A stretch of DNA of 64,000 nucleotides from Fibrobacteria bacterium (GTDB lineage: Bacteria; Fibrobacterota; Fibrobacteria; UBA11236), in assembly GCA_017881725.1 (NCBI GenBank), contig JADGQO010000107.1, positions 8,456 to 72,455 on the forward strand. The letters are read 5' to 3'. Below the pieces are notes generated by a model. That model was given only the letters and a program-made list of their open reading frames with translations, made no database searches and was not told the origin of the DNA. Made by a program: the position numbers and the translations under genes. Within the stretch, counting starts at the first letter, position 1. Each line of letters begins with the position of its first letter. Below are positions 37,909 through 52,045 of the stretch, in pieces.

Positions 37909-38640
37909 ATGCATGGTTTCGGCTTTCACCAAACTCCTTTGTATCTCCATTTAAATCAATGGTTTACTAAACGGCCAACAAGTCCTAAGCTCGTTGCTGC
38001 GGGTTTGGGGCTCATGTTCGGCGCCTTAGGCTTGACGGGATGCGAAGAAGGCAAGCCCCGCGTGTACCAGGAGGTGGCCTTTAAACCGCTGCCCGCTCCC
38101 ATGGCGGGACCGATGGCCGGAGGTCCGCTGGGAATGCCTTCAATGAATACCAGCCCCGTGGACATTCAGGTAACCTGGACGTTACCTGACACCTGGATGG
38201 TCAAGGATTCCGCCAACGGCATGCGCATCGGAAGCTTCGGAATCCCCGATGCGGGCTTGGCCAATACCGGGGAGTTAGACCCGAACGCCGTGGATGTTTC
38301 CGTGGTCCAATTGGCCGGCAACGCCGGCGGATTGGAAGCCAACATCGCCCGCTGGATGGGACAAGTCGGTCTCAAGGGCGCGCTCGAGGATATCAGCCTG
38401 ATCATCAAGGCGGCTCCGCGCTTCGTGACGCAGACCGGCCAGCACGGGATGTTCGTGGATTTGACCGACAAGCTATCCGGAGATATGACGCAGAGCAAGT
38501 CCGTATTCGGCGCCATCATCGCGACGGAAAATTACACCGTATTCGTAAAGGCCATGGGCCAAAGGTCCCGCGTCGTGACCAGCAAGGCTCAAGTCAAAGA
38601 GTTCTCCAAATCCATCCGCATCAAAGGCCCCCAGGCATGA
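37909..38640 (+). CDS. Hypothetical lipoprotein, first gene of the resB-ccsA operon
   Basis: Lipobox GALGLTGC. Stop overlaps the resB start (ATGA). No CxxC or haem motif. No family recognised. Confidence 0.6.
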   Translation: MHGFGFHQTPLYLHLNQWFTKRPTSPKLVAAGLGLMFGALGLTGCEEGKPRVYQEVAFKPLPAPMAGPMAGGPLGMPSMNTSPVDIQVTWTLPDTWMVKDSANGMRIGSFGIPDAGLANTGELDPNAVDVSVVQLAGNAGGLEANIARWMGQVGLKGALEDISLIIKAAPRFVTQTGQHGMFVDLTDKLSGDMTQSKSVFGAIIATENYTVFVKAMGQRSRVVTSKAQVKEFSKSIRIKGPQA

Positions 38641-39785
38641 GCGCTTCACCGTCCTGGCGCCAGAAGGCGGCGCGCCATCCCGTCACCAAGGCCATCTTGC
38701 ATCCTGCCATCACTTTGGTCTCGCTCTTAATCTTATTCGCCCTGATATTTTTCGGGACTCTGTACCAGGCGAACCATGGTCTGTACGAGGCGCAGCTCCG
38801 TTTCTTCGGATACGGCATCGTGCCCATCGGGGGCTTTTTCCCTTTGCCGACGGCGAGCGTAGTCATGTGGATTTTGTCGGTGCAATTGACGCTGACCATG
38901 GCCCTGGTGCTCCGCTGGAAATGGTCACTGGCCGGTTTGTGGATAGTCCATAGCGGCATCATGACCCTGCTGGTGGGCGGCTTCATCACCCAGATTCTGG
39001 CGGTGGAATCGCAACTTACCTTGGCCGAGGGCGAAACCGGAAATTTCACGACGGCGTACCATGAATACGAAGTGGCCTTCTGGGAAAGCCATGGAGACAC
39101 GAACCAGGTCTTCGCGTGGGAAGACGTCAACCTGCGTCCGGGCGCCGAATTGGAGATCCCTCCTTATCAATGCAGGATTCGAATCCTTAACTATTACCAG
39201 AACAGCGACGCCTTCACGACCAAGGCGACCAACGGCCCCAAGTTTTTAAATGCCTCCAATATCGGAATGCTGGAGCAACGCAAGCCGGAAAAGGAAGTGA
39301 CCCAAAACGCCCCCGGCGTGACCTTTACCCTACTGGAAAAAGGCAAGGGCGATCGCGAAGTTCTGCTTTACGCCCAGGAGTTGCAACCCCTGATCCTCAC
39401 TCTGGACGGCCGCAAAGTGAACGTACAATTACGCCTGAAACATTATCCCTTGGACTTCTCTCTCAAGCTGACCCAGTTCATCAAAACCGTTCATCCCGGC
39501 ACGGATATCCCGAGCAGCTTCGAGAGCTACGCGGACCTGACCGATCAGGGTGCGACTCGGCCCGTAAAAATCTGGATGAACAATCCTTTACGTACCAAGG
39601 GCTATACCTTCTTCCAGGCATCTTACGCCCAGCCCGCCGGGGCGGCGCAGAAGTCAACCTTCGCCGTGGTCACCAATCCCGGGCGCGTGATGCCGTATAT
39701 CTCCAGCCTGGTCGTATTCGGAGGGCTGCTCATGCACTTCCTGATCAAACTGGTTCCCTTTATCCGACGCGGGGCCGCAACATGA
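38637..39785 (+). CDS. resB: Cytochrome c biogenesis protein ResB/CcsB (System II), short form
   Basis: N-terminal ITLVSLLILFALIFFGTLYQ, C-terminal KGYTFFQASY...VVTNPGRVMPYISSLVVFGG. Confidence 0.85.
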   Translation: MSASPSWRQKAARHPVTKAILHPAITLVSLLILFALIFFGTLYQANHGLYEAQLRFFGYGIVPIGGFFPLPTASVVMWILSVQLTLTMALVLRWKWSLAGLWIVHSGIMTLLVGGFITQILAVESQLTLAEGETGNFTTAYHEYEVAFWESHGDTNQVFAWEDVNLRPGAELEIPPYQCRIRILNYYQNSDAFTTKATNGPKFLNASNIGMLEQRKPEKEVTQNAPGVTFTLLEKGKGDREVLLYAQELQPLILTLDGRKVNVQLRLKHYPLDFSLKLTQFIKTVHPGTDIPSSFESYADLTDQGATRPVKIWMNNPLRTKGYTFFQASYAQPAGAAQKSTFAVVTNPGRVMPYISSLVVFGGLLMHFLIKLVPFIRRGAAT

Positions 39786-41908
39786 ACGCTAGATTCACAG
39801 CCTCACTCAAATCTTCGTTTACCGCATCGTACCGGATCCTCCCCATCTGCCTAGCCTTCACGGCGCTCCTTGCCGCCCAAACCCCGCAGGGCGCTAAATC
39901 CGGCCCCATGCAAGATCAACGTTTCGACTCCCTTTTCGAGGCTTCGCACGACGGTGCGCGCCCGCCACAAGGTAACGGAGGAGTTACCTCGGAACCCCAC
40001 GGTGGGAGGATGCCTTCCATGCTGCCCGCCATCGGGGCCGTTCCCCCGGCGTCGGTAAAATCGGTGTCGGCCATGGAAACGGTTCCGATCATGCAGGACG
40101 GCCGTTTGAAGCCCATGATCACCTATGCGCGCCACATGCTTTTGCAATTTTCGGGAAAGACATCGTACGCAAGTCAATCCGCCGTGGAAGTCATGGCGCA
40201 TATCCTTTTCACGCCTGAGCTCACGGGCGAGTACAAGATTTTCCTGATCAATAATCCCGAGGTGGCCGAGGCCATCGGCATCGCGCCGGAAAAAACCCGC
40301 CAGTATACTTTCCGCCAACTGGAAAAGGCCTTGCCGAAAATCCAGGAGCTGGCCGAGAAAGCCAACGCCGTGGAGGACCCCAAACGGGATCTGATTCAGA
40401 AGGAGGTCTTGCGCATTTTCGGCAATGTGGTGGAGTTCGTGAATTTGACCCGGACCTTCACCTACGCCCTGCCCAGCGGGGCCTTCGCCGTTCAGGGCGT
40501 GGAGACGCGGGCCTCCCTGGGTTTCCCTGTGGACAAGACCGCCTATTCTTTCTGGGACCTGATGCTTGCCGCCCAGGCCATTGCGAAGATCCTTGAAGGC
40601 ATCGGCAATCGCGACGAAGCCCACCGGACGCCTATCGAAAATGAAATCATCGCGCTTTCCCAAGCCATGTATTTCACATCCCAATCGCTGCACCCATCCC
40701 CGTTCCGCAATTTCCCTTCCCCCACTGCCGCAGCCGGCGGCGGCCCCGGTTGGATCAGCCCTGCCGAGGTTTTAACCAGCCCGGACCAATTGCAAGCCTT
40801 CCGGACCGAACTGACCGGGTGGAGTGACGCCGTCGTCGCCTATCGCAAAGGCGATCAAGCTGGATTCGACAAAGGCATTCAGTCCTATCTGGGCACCATG
40901 GAAAACCGCGCCTACGCCCAGCTTTCGGAAACCCATTTCTCCTTGGAAGCGATTTACCAGAAAGGCGAACCGTTTTTTTGGGCCCTGGTAGCCTATTGGG
41001 TTGCCCTGCTTGGTTGTTTCGGTTTTTTCCTGGGCCGCAAGCAGTGGATGTACCAGGCCGCGACCTGGATCTTTTTGGCCGGTTACGCCGTCCATGTCGC
41101 CGGAATCGTCGCCCGCATTTTGATCATGAAGCGACCGCCGGTCACCTCTTTGTACGAGACCTTCCCGTTCGTCGCGGCAGTGTCTATCCTGGCCGCGTTG
41201 ATCATGGAACGAATCAATGTTTCACGTAAGTCCACGGGTCAGGGCATCGGACTCTTGTGCGCCTCCTTGTTGGGAATGATCCTGCTTTCCATCGCAAACC
41301 GTTACGCGGCTGATGGCGATACCATGAAAATGCTGGTCGCGGTCCTCAATAGCAATTTCTGGCTTTCCACCCATGTCGTTTGCGTCACCATCGGATATTC
41401 GGCCTGCCTACTGGCCGGCGCCATCGGCCATGTCTGGCTGATTCGCGCGATTTTCCCGGGGGATGCGTCCAAACCGGAACGCCTCAAGGAAATCGCCAAA
41501 ATGGTGTATGGAACCTTGTGTTTCGGACTGTTGTTCTCTTTTATTGGAACGGTGTTGGGGGGCATTTGGGCCGATCAAAGCTGGGGCCGCTTTTGGGGCT
41601 GGGACCCGAAGGAAAACGGGGCATTGCTCATCGTCATCTGGTGCATCATTCTTCTGCATGCGAAGCAATGGGGATATATCCGCAATCCGGGCTTGGCCCT
41701 GGGCTCGGTATTCGGAGCCATCGTGGTCAGCTTGGCCTGGTTCGGCGTGAATCTTCTGAATGTCGGCTTGCATTCCTACGGATTCACCAACGGCGCCGCC
41801 ACCAAGCTGTTCAGCTATATCGGAGGGGAATTGGCCTTTATGCTGGTGACCGGGATTGGACTGGCATTAGGCTGGGGGGGCTGGGGGAAAAAGCCTTCCG
41901 TCACTTAG
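39782..41908 (+). CDS. ccsA: Cytochrome c-type biogenesis protein CcsA with an N-terminal extension of about 400 aa
   Basis: WGRFWGWDPKENGALL (WWD haem-handling motif) and conserved His residues. Start overlaps the resB stop (ATGA). Confidence 0.9.
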   Translation: MNARFTASLKSSFTASYRILPICLAFTALLAAQTPQGAKSGPMQDQRFDSLFEASHDGARPPQGNGGVTSEPHGGRMPSMLPAIGAVPPASVKSVSAMETVPIMQDGRLKPMITYARHMLLQFSGKTSYASQSAVEVMAHILFTPELTGEYKIFLINNPEVAEAIGIAPEKTRQYTFRQLEKALPKIQELAEKANAVEDPKRDLIQKEVLRIFGNVVEFVNLTRTFTYALPSGAFAVQGVETRASLGFPVDKTAYSFWDLMLAAQAIAKILEGIGNRDEAHRTPIENEIIALSQAMYFTSQSLHPSPFRNFPSPTAAAGGGPGWISPAEVLTSPDQLQAFRTELTGWSDAVVAYRKGDQAGFDKGIQSYLGTMENRAYAQLSETHFSLEAIYQKGEPFFWALVAYWVALLGCFGFFLGRKQWMYQAATWIFLAGYAVHVAGIVARILIMKRPPVTSLYETFPFVAAVSILAALIMERINVSRKSTGQGIGLLCASLLGMILLSIANRYAADGDTMKMLVAVLNSNFWLSTHVVCVTIGYSACLLAGAIGHVWLIRAIFPGDASKPERLKEIAKMVYGTLCFGLLFSFIGTVLGGIWADQSWGRFWGWDPKENGALLIVIWCIILLHAKQWGYIRNPGLALGSVFGAIVVSLAWFGVNLLNVGLHSYGFTNGAATKLFSYIGGELAFMLVTGIGLALGWGGWGKKPSVT

Positions 41909-43238
41909 GCGTTACAGTAACCCGCAAGGTACGTCCATCCAGGCCCCAGGCGGTGGAGCCTCCCTGCGGATACAACCAGTTCCATCCCATTCCCCGTTCC
42001 ATTTCCATTCCAAAAAAGGCGGTATTATTTTCCCATTTAGCCTTCGCCTCCGGAAAAAATCGGATGGCCTGAGCCGGGTCAAAACGCATTTTAAAAAAGC
42101 GGGGATGGTAAATGTCGGCGTGCGCCAGGTTGGCCGACGCGTTCGACGTGTTCACGTTGTAGGTGACCAGCCAATCGCCATGCGCTGACAGGCTGGGATG
42201 GGCTTTGGCATTGTAAGTATAGACCGGCACCGTCGTATCCCATTCCGGAGCCTTGTAAACGTTGATGGCGGCGCCGAAAGGTCCGTGCGGACTGTCCCCC
42301 ACGCGCACGAAAATGTCGGGCGACAGCTGGGAGGAAACCAGCAAGTACTTGCCTTGCAATGATCCTCCGGAAACGGGAGTGACGCTCAACTCGGGGCCGC
42401 CCAGTCCGAGTGATGCGGTCTTGGAAATGTCCGGATTCCATCCCGAGCCGTCCCAATAGGCCCATTTCGTGAAGTCCTCGAAATCGTCGGGTAACACGCG
42501 CGCTACGACCAGAGCGTTGCGCCCATAAACATAAACGTAGCCGTCCGGATTGGGCGCGCCGGCTTCCGGCGTGTTGGGCATGATGCCGCAGCCGAAATAA
42601 AAGGTGCGTCCACCGCCGCTGAAATAAAGCGGCGTGTCCATTTGGACGGCCTTGGAGATGTCCGGCTCACCGTCCACGCCGATGGGAATTTTTATCAACG
42701 CGACGCCCACCTCTTTGAAATTGAAACCCGCGGCGCCAGCCGCATTGTCGGTGAGAATCAGGGCCAAATCGTAGACGAAGCCATGATGATAAAAACCGTC
42801 TTGCAGCCAATACCAGGAATGGGCCAAACCCGCGACTGAAGGCACGCTGGGCGTGAACGCCGAAATGGCCGCGCCCTTGGAGTCCTTGCCCCAAAGGAAA
42901 TGCATGCTGTCGGCGACCGGAATTCCGCCGCTGAGGACGGCCAGGGAATTGTGAATCATCACCGAATTTTTTCGGGCATTGGTTTGGGAATCCACCTGCC
43001 CAATGAAGGTATCGCTGAAAACGAAAAGGTTTTTGTTGCCCGCCGCATGATCGGGGCCTTCATATCCATTCAAGGGGATGGCGAAAATCCCATCCGCGCC
43101 GGTCCATCCTTGACGCCGATTGAAAAGCGCGGTCCAATCCTCCGCTTTGGAGACTCCGGGTTGTTGCAACGATTGGGCAATCGTAGCGACTACTCCCAGG
43201 CCTAAAGCCATCACTGATATTGCCAATCGCCTGAACAC
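41901..43238 (-). CDS. Secreted beta-propeller protein, DUF4185-like putative glycoside hydrolase
   Basis: Signal peptide. GWTGADGIFAIPL...LFVFSDTFIG resembles the DUF4185 signature. 3' end overlaps the ccsA 3' end by 8 nt (convergent). Confidence 0.5.
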   Translation of the reverse strand: MFRRLAISVMALGLGVVATIAQSLQQPGVSKAEDWTALFNRRQGWTGADGIFAIPLNGYEGPDHAAGNKNLFVFSDTFIGQVDSQTNARKNSVMIHNSLAVLSGGIPVADSMHFLWGKDSKGAAISAFTPSVPSVAGLAHSWYWLQDGFYHHGFVYDLALILTDNAAGAAGFNFKEVGVALIKIPIGVDGEPDISKAVQMDTPLYFSGGGRTFYFGCGIMPNTPEAGAPNPDGYVYVYGRNALVVARVLPDDFEDFTKWAYWDGSGWNPDISKTASLGLGGPELSVTPVSGGSLQGKYLLVSSQLSPDIFVRVGDSPHGPFGAAINVYKAPEWDTTVPVYTYNAKAHPSLSAHGDWLVTYNVNTSNASANLAHADIYHPRFFKMRFDPAQAIRFFPEAKAKWENNTAFFGMEMERGMGWNWLYPQGGSTAWGLDGRTLRVTVTPK

Positions 43239-43387
43239 GTTTGTCTATTCTCCTATCGTTCGCCTCGATAGGCGCACTTTTGAATATACTTGTCGCGGAG
43301 TGGCGCCACGCGCGGAAAACGAGGGCGTGGAGATTGGGCACTATAATTCTGGCATCCCGAGGGATTCGCGGCGGTGTGGGGGTTGGT

Positions 43388-43780
43388 TTACCAAAGGGCG
43401 GCGATAAACTCGTCCAGTTTCCGCCTGTCCCGATCTGTTTCCAATTCGAAGGCAAGCCCCACGTAGGCGAAAAGCCCATCCTCATCGATGCTCATTCCCC
43501 GTACACGGCACGGAATACGTTGCCCATTTTCACCCGCACCCAGCATTAAATCTCCGCGCGACTCCTTTGTGAAGGCATCACGAAGTTGCGTACCCGGAAA
43601 CGAAGAACCATCTTCGGTAAGGAGGAAAAATTTTCCGCCTTTTGAATCCAGCGAATCCAAAAGTCCGTCAAAGCAGCGACTTCCCAAGTAAAACCGCACC
43701 GGGCAGAAGGTGCTGATTTCCTCGACATATTGGGCGGAACGGTATTGGACATCCATGGTGATGTTATCCATTCTAGGCAT
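43388..43780 (-). CDS. Hypothetical protein, possibly PilZ-like fold (c-di-GMP motifs not intact)
   Basis: 130-aa ORF with a beta-barrel-like pattern (CRVRGMSIDEDGLFAYVGLAF). Canonical RxxxR and DxSxxG motifs not found. Confidence 0.3.
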   Translation of the reverse strand: MPRMDNITMDVQYRSAQYVEEISTFCPVRFYLGSRCFDGLLDSLDSKGGKFFLLTEDGSSFPGTQLRDAFTKESRGDLMLGAGENGQRIPCRVRGMSIDEDGLFAYVGLAFELETDRDRRKLDEFIAALW

Positions 43781-43996
43781 GGCGAGAATCCGTGCCTAGA
43801 ATAATCATCTGCTGGCTGGATAAGGGCTTTGGCTTGTCAGGAGTACTTGGGGATTTTCATGAACCGCCGGAAGACGGTTTGCGGATTTTCGATCTTTTCA
43901 CCCAAGCGGAACCCGCTGTCGGGAAACAGCGCCCGGCATACGCTAACGCATACACACCGCGTCCACCGGCTGGCTTGCGCCTCCGCCTGTGGGCTC

Positions 43997-45463
43997 CTAA
44001 ACGGAAATCTCCGTCAGGGAGCGAGCCTTGGATTGCAGCATGGAAACATGGCCTTGGAGGTACTCGTCCACCTGGCGCGCGCATTCGCGGCCTTCGGAAA
44101 TCGCCCACACCACCAAGGACTGCCCGCGACGCATATCGCCCGCAGCATAAACGCCCTCGACATTGGTGCGGTATTTGGCGTCGGCTTTGATATTTCCGCG
44201 CTCGTCTTTTTCCACCCCGAGTTGGTCGACGAAATTCTTCGTGTCCGGGAACAGGAAACCCATGGCCAGGAGAACCAAATCCGCCTGCATGAAGAATTCC
44301 GATCCGGAAACCTCCTGAGGTTTGCCCGAGGACCAGTCCAGGCGCACGCAATTGATGCCCTTCAGATTGCCCTTATCGTCCTTGACGAACTCCTTGGATT
44401 GCACCGACCAATCACGCGTGCAGCCTTCCGCCTGGGACGACGAGGTGCTCAGCATGCGCGGACCCGGATGCGTGGGCCAAGGCGTTTCCGCCGTGCGCGC
44501 TCCCGGAGGCTTGGGCAAAAGTTCAATCTGGGTGACCGATGCCGCGCCGTGCCGGATGGAAGTGCCTACGCAGTCGGAGCCCGTATCACCGCCGCCGATG
44601 ACCACCACGTGCTTCTCGGTCGCCATCAAGACTTCGCCCTCGGGAATGACATCGCCCGCGACGCGCTTGTTGTTCTGAGTTAAAAAAGTCATGGCGAATT
44701 GCACGCCTTTGACATCGCGCCCGGTGATGGGAAGATCGCGTGGAATGGTCGACCCGCCCGCTAAAACGATGGCGTCGAATTTCTGTTTCAGATCGGAAAC
44801 CGGCACGTTCACGCCCACGTTGGCCTTGGTGATGAACTTCACGCCTTCATTTTCCATCAACTCGACGCGGCGCTGGATATGGTCCTTGCCCAGTTTGAAA
44901 TCCGGGATGCCGTAACGCAACAACCCGCCGATGCGGTCGGCGCGCTCGTACACGGTCACGCTATGTCCTGCCTTATTCAATTGATCGGCTGCGGCCAAAC
45001 CGGCCGGCCCGGAGCCCACCACGGCCACGCTTTTCCCCGTGCGGATGGGAGGTGGCGAGGGTTGGATCCAACCCTGCGCATACGCGTAGTCGATGATGGA
45101 GACTTCGATATTCTTTATGGTGACCGGCGGTTTGTTGATCCCGAGCACGCAGGCGGATTCGCACGGCGCGGGGCATATGCGTCCGGTGAACTCCGGGAAA
45201 TTGTTGGTGGATAATAGTGTCTGGAGCGCTGCTTCCCATTTGGCGTTGTATACCTGATCGTTGAAATCCGGAATGATATTGCCGAGCGGACAACCCGTAT
45301 GGCAAAAGGGAACGCCGCAATCCATGCAGCGCGCGCCTTGTTGTTCCATCTCTTCCTTGGTCATGGGCACCACGAACTCCTGATAGTTCTTGATGCGTTC
45401 CTCCGGAGCGAGATACTTCGGGATCTTGCGTTCGAATTCCTTGAAGCCGGTAATCTTTCCCAT
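43997..45463 (-). CDS. gltD: Glutamate synthase (NADPH) small subunit
   Basis: CMDCGVPFCH and CPLGN Fe-S motifs, VAVVGSGPAGLAAA, GGGDTGSDC. Starts 1 nt after the gltB stop. Confidence 0.95.
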   Translation of the reverse strand: MGKITGFKEFERKIPKYLAPEERIKNYQEFVVPMTKEEMEQQGARCMDCGVPFCHTGCPLGNIIPDFNDQVYNAKWEAALQTLLSTNNFPEFTGRICPAPCESACVLGINKPPVTIKNIEVSIIDYAYAQGWIQPSPPPIRTGKSVAVVGSGPAGLAAADQLNKAGHSVTVYERADRIGGLLRYGIPDFKLGKDHIQRRVELMENEGVKFITKANVGVNVPVSDLKQKFDAIVLAGGSTIPRDLPITGRDVKGVQFAMTFLTQNNKRVAGDVIPEGEVLMATEKHVVVIGGGDTGSDCVGTSIRHGAASVTQIELLPKPPGARTAETPWPTHPGPRMLSTSSSQAEGCTRDWSVQSKEFVKDDKGNLKGINCVRLDWSSGKPQEVSGSEFFMQADLVLLAMGFLFPDTKNFVDQLGVEKDERGNIKADAKYRTNVEGVYAAGDMRRGQSLVVWAISEGRECARQVDEYLQGHVSMLQSKARSLTEISV

Positions 45464-45464
45464 C

Positions 45465-50102
<4,638 letters not shown>

Positions 50103-50340
50103 GATTCTTTTCCTACTTTAAGCCAATTGATATAACAACCAATAAATCAAGAACTTACGAATTTAGAACGGAAAAAGGCCGCCCCGCCTGCAAGCGGGTT
50201 TCAGGAATTCACGATTCCGATGCCCTAGACTTGCGTTGAATGCGCTGGACGACTTGCTTCAGCCATTGATCGGAAAAATAAGAAGATTTCCGGAATAGTC
50301 ACCTTTTTTTTCCCATGCGCCTAGCCCCATTTTTCCAAAC

Positions 50341-50913
50341 TTACAATGACGATAAATAACTCCGAATGGACTCCATTCCGCCCATCCACGCCTCGTCGGG
50401 ACCGAGGAGCAAGCGCTTCACATCGACGCTCCAGACCTCCCAAGCGCCCAGCTCGACCTCATGCTCCAACTGCTTCGCGCCCCATCCGGAATAGCCCAGG
50501 AACAGCCGAAGTGATTTCGGATCCAGTTCGACGATGTCTTTCAGTTCGTCCCAATACCCGCCCAAATACACCTTCGGGGCGACTTGGAAAGAACCGGCTA
50601 CGGGAGTATCGGTGACTTGAAGGATTTGCAACTCCTCCGGTTGCACGGGCCCCCCAATGTAAATACGCTGCCGCTTAGACGCTTCACCGGCCCAGGCCGG
50701 AGCCTTGTCGAAGATTTCCGACAACGGCATATGGGAAGGACGATTCAGAACCAAGCCATACGATCCTTCCGATCCATGCTGACAGACGAGCACGGCCGTC
50801 GCATTGAAATTCGGATCGGACATGTTGCGCGCCAGCAAGACCACTCCCGGGCGCAGCCGGGAGACGTGCTCCGCGACCGAAAAGGAGTCATCCGTATCAG
50901 GAGAATCGACCAT
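50341..50913 (-). CDS. algH: YqgE/AlgH family (UPF0301) putative transcriptional regulator
   Basis: VVLLARNMSDPNFNATAVLVCQHGSEGSYGLVLNRP family signature. Start taken at ATG 50913. Confidence 0.85.
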   Translation of the reverse strand: MVDSPDTDDSFSVAEHVSRLRPGVVLLARNMSDPNFNATAVLVCQHGSEGSYGLVLNRPSHMPLSEIFDKAPAWAGEASKRQRIYIGGPVQPEELQILQVTDTPVAGSFQVAPKVYLGGYWDELKDIVELDPKSLRLFLGYSGWGAKQLEHEVELGAWEVWSVDVKRLLLGPDEAWMGGMESIRSYLSSL

Positions 50914-51112
50914 TTTTCCAATATAGATTTTTAAGGTTTTGACCGCTGGATGGGAACCCCTGCATCCGGCCCGGCGCCCCACCTCTCCAAGAGCCCAAGA
51001 AACCCATTGGGTTTTTTTGTAATCCTCTGACTTTTCAATGAATTAACCCGTATGAATTCCCTTAAGCTCCGGCATTGCCAACCGATATAGTCCAAAGGGA
51101 GCAAAATCAAAC

Positions 51113-51643
51113 ATGGAAAAGCAAGCGCATGTACTCGACGGAAAAATCTTTGGACTGGGGATGAGTAATGCATCTCGTGTCAGGAAAGAAATTCGTTCCT
51201 GTAAACACCCGGGGTGCAACAAGAAATTCGAAGGTTCGCCGACCTCGTTGTATTGCCTGGATCATCGCACCCGGAAAAGCCGCGCCGAACGGTTTATCCC
51301 CAAGGAAGCGCCCAAGCCGGAAGACAGCAACCTGGTCATCGAACCGGATGCCATCCAGCCCATCCATAAATCCATGTTTTGTTCTTTACCCGATTGCGGA
51401 CGCGAGTACAGCTTTACGATTTATCCCGACCACAATATTTATCCCATGTACTGCGAACTTCACCGCACCGAATACAAGCGCCGGCACTTCCAGAAAATGC
51501 TCTCGGCCGGACACAAGCCGGATAATCAGTTGCCGCAATTTGCCAAGTGGTCGGACTACGAAATGCAATTCGAGGAATACGCCTTGAATCAGCCTCATGT
51601 CGTGCCCTTCCCACCCAAGAAACCTCGCGGTCAAATCCACTAG
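51113..51643 (+). CDS. Hypothetical protein with two tandem CCCH zinc-binding-like motifs
   Basis: C30-x4-C35-x12-C48-x2-H51 and C90-x4-C95-x18-C114-x2-H117. Both have CxxPxC and YCxxHRT. AAAGGGAG SD. Terminator follows. Confidence 0.65.
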   Translation: MEKQAHVLDGKIFGLGMSNASRVRKEIRSCKHPGCNKKFEGSPTSLYCLDHRTRKSRAERFIPKEAPKPEDSNLVIEPDAIQPIHKSMFCSLPDCGREYSFTIYPDHNIYPMYCELHRTEYKRRHFQKMLSAGHKPDNQLPQFAKWSDYEMQFEEYALNQPHVVPFPPKKPRGQIH

Positions 51644-51666
51644 TAGAAGTTGTAAAAGGGTAAGTT

Positions 51667-51691
51667 AAGCGGACCCCAAGTCCGCTTTTTT
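51667..51691 (+). terminator. Rho-independent terminator
   Basis: AAGCGGAC-CCCAA-GUCCGCUU followed by a U-run. Confidence 0.8.
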
Positions 51692-51800
51692 GCGTTGTCC
51701 ACATCCTGCGATGATTCTCAGGATTGAAAAAATTTCCAGCAACTAACACGCAAATTTCAAAAGATTCCGTATTTTCAACTTTTCTGGGGTTGAATCGACT

Positions 51801-51907
51801 CCGTGTGGTACTTGGACCAACCGGCGATGGAGGTTACTATTTACTCGGCCTGAACACATAACAGCTTCGGCTGTGCTTAGGCATCCCATGGAACACGGAA
51901 AAGGTCC
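51801..51907 (+). ncRNA. Candidate structured RNA element in the 5' leader of the GT2 synthase gene
   Basis: Nested helices 51814-18/51903-07, 51823-28/51883-87, 51848-53/51877-82, 51861-65/51870-74 (cUUCGg loop), plus a crossing helix 51801-06/51893-98. Confidence 0.3.
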
Positions 51908-52045
51908 CTGAGAGATCATTAAATATTCTAAAGAATCAATCATTAAGCTACATTTTGCTCGAAACTTTTTCGGATGCCGATACCCCCGAGGACATTGACC
52001 GGGTAAAACATCTGGAGCCACTTAAAAATTTGGGAATACGTTAAG

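Noticed and set aside
39851-40693. 280-aa minus-strand ORF
   Set aside because: It is antisense to the ccsA N-terminal extension. The ccsA frame is continuous with the WWD core and coupled to resB.
50103-50340. Sigma54 (TGGCAC-N5-TTGCW) or NtrC-type control upstream of gltB
   Set aside because: The only TTGCA-containing stretch lacks the -24 GG element. No convincing match on the gltB strand.
51801-51907. c-di-GMP (GEMM-I/II) riboswitch upstream of the glycan synthase
   Set aside because: I could not find the GEMM-I tetraloop-receptor consensus (GGCAAA...CGCAAAGC) or class II conserved nucleotides. It is kept only as an unclassified structure candidate.
51743-52021. 92-aa minus-strand ORF in the GT2 leader
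   Set aside because: It has no SD and a Cys/Arg-rich, implausible sequence. The region is better explained as a structured plus-strand leader.
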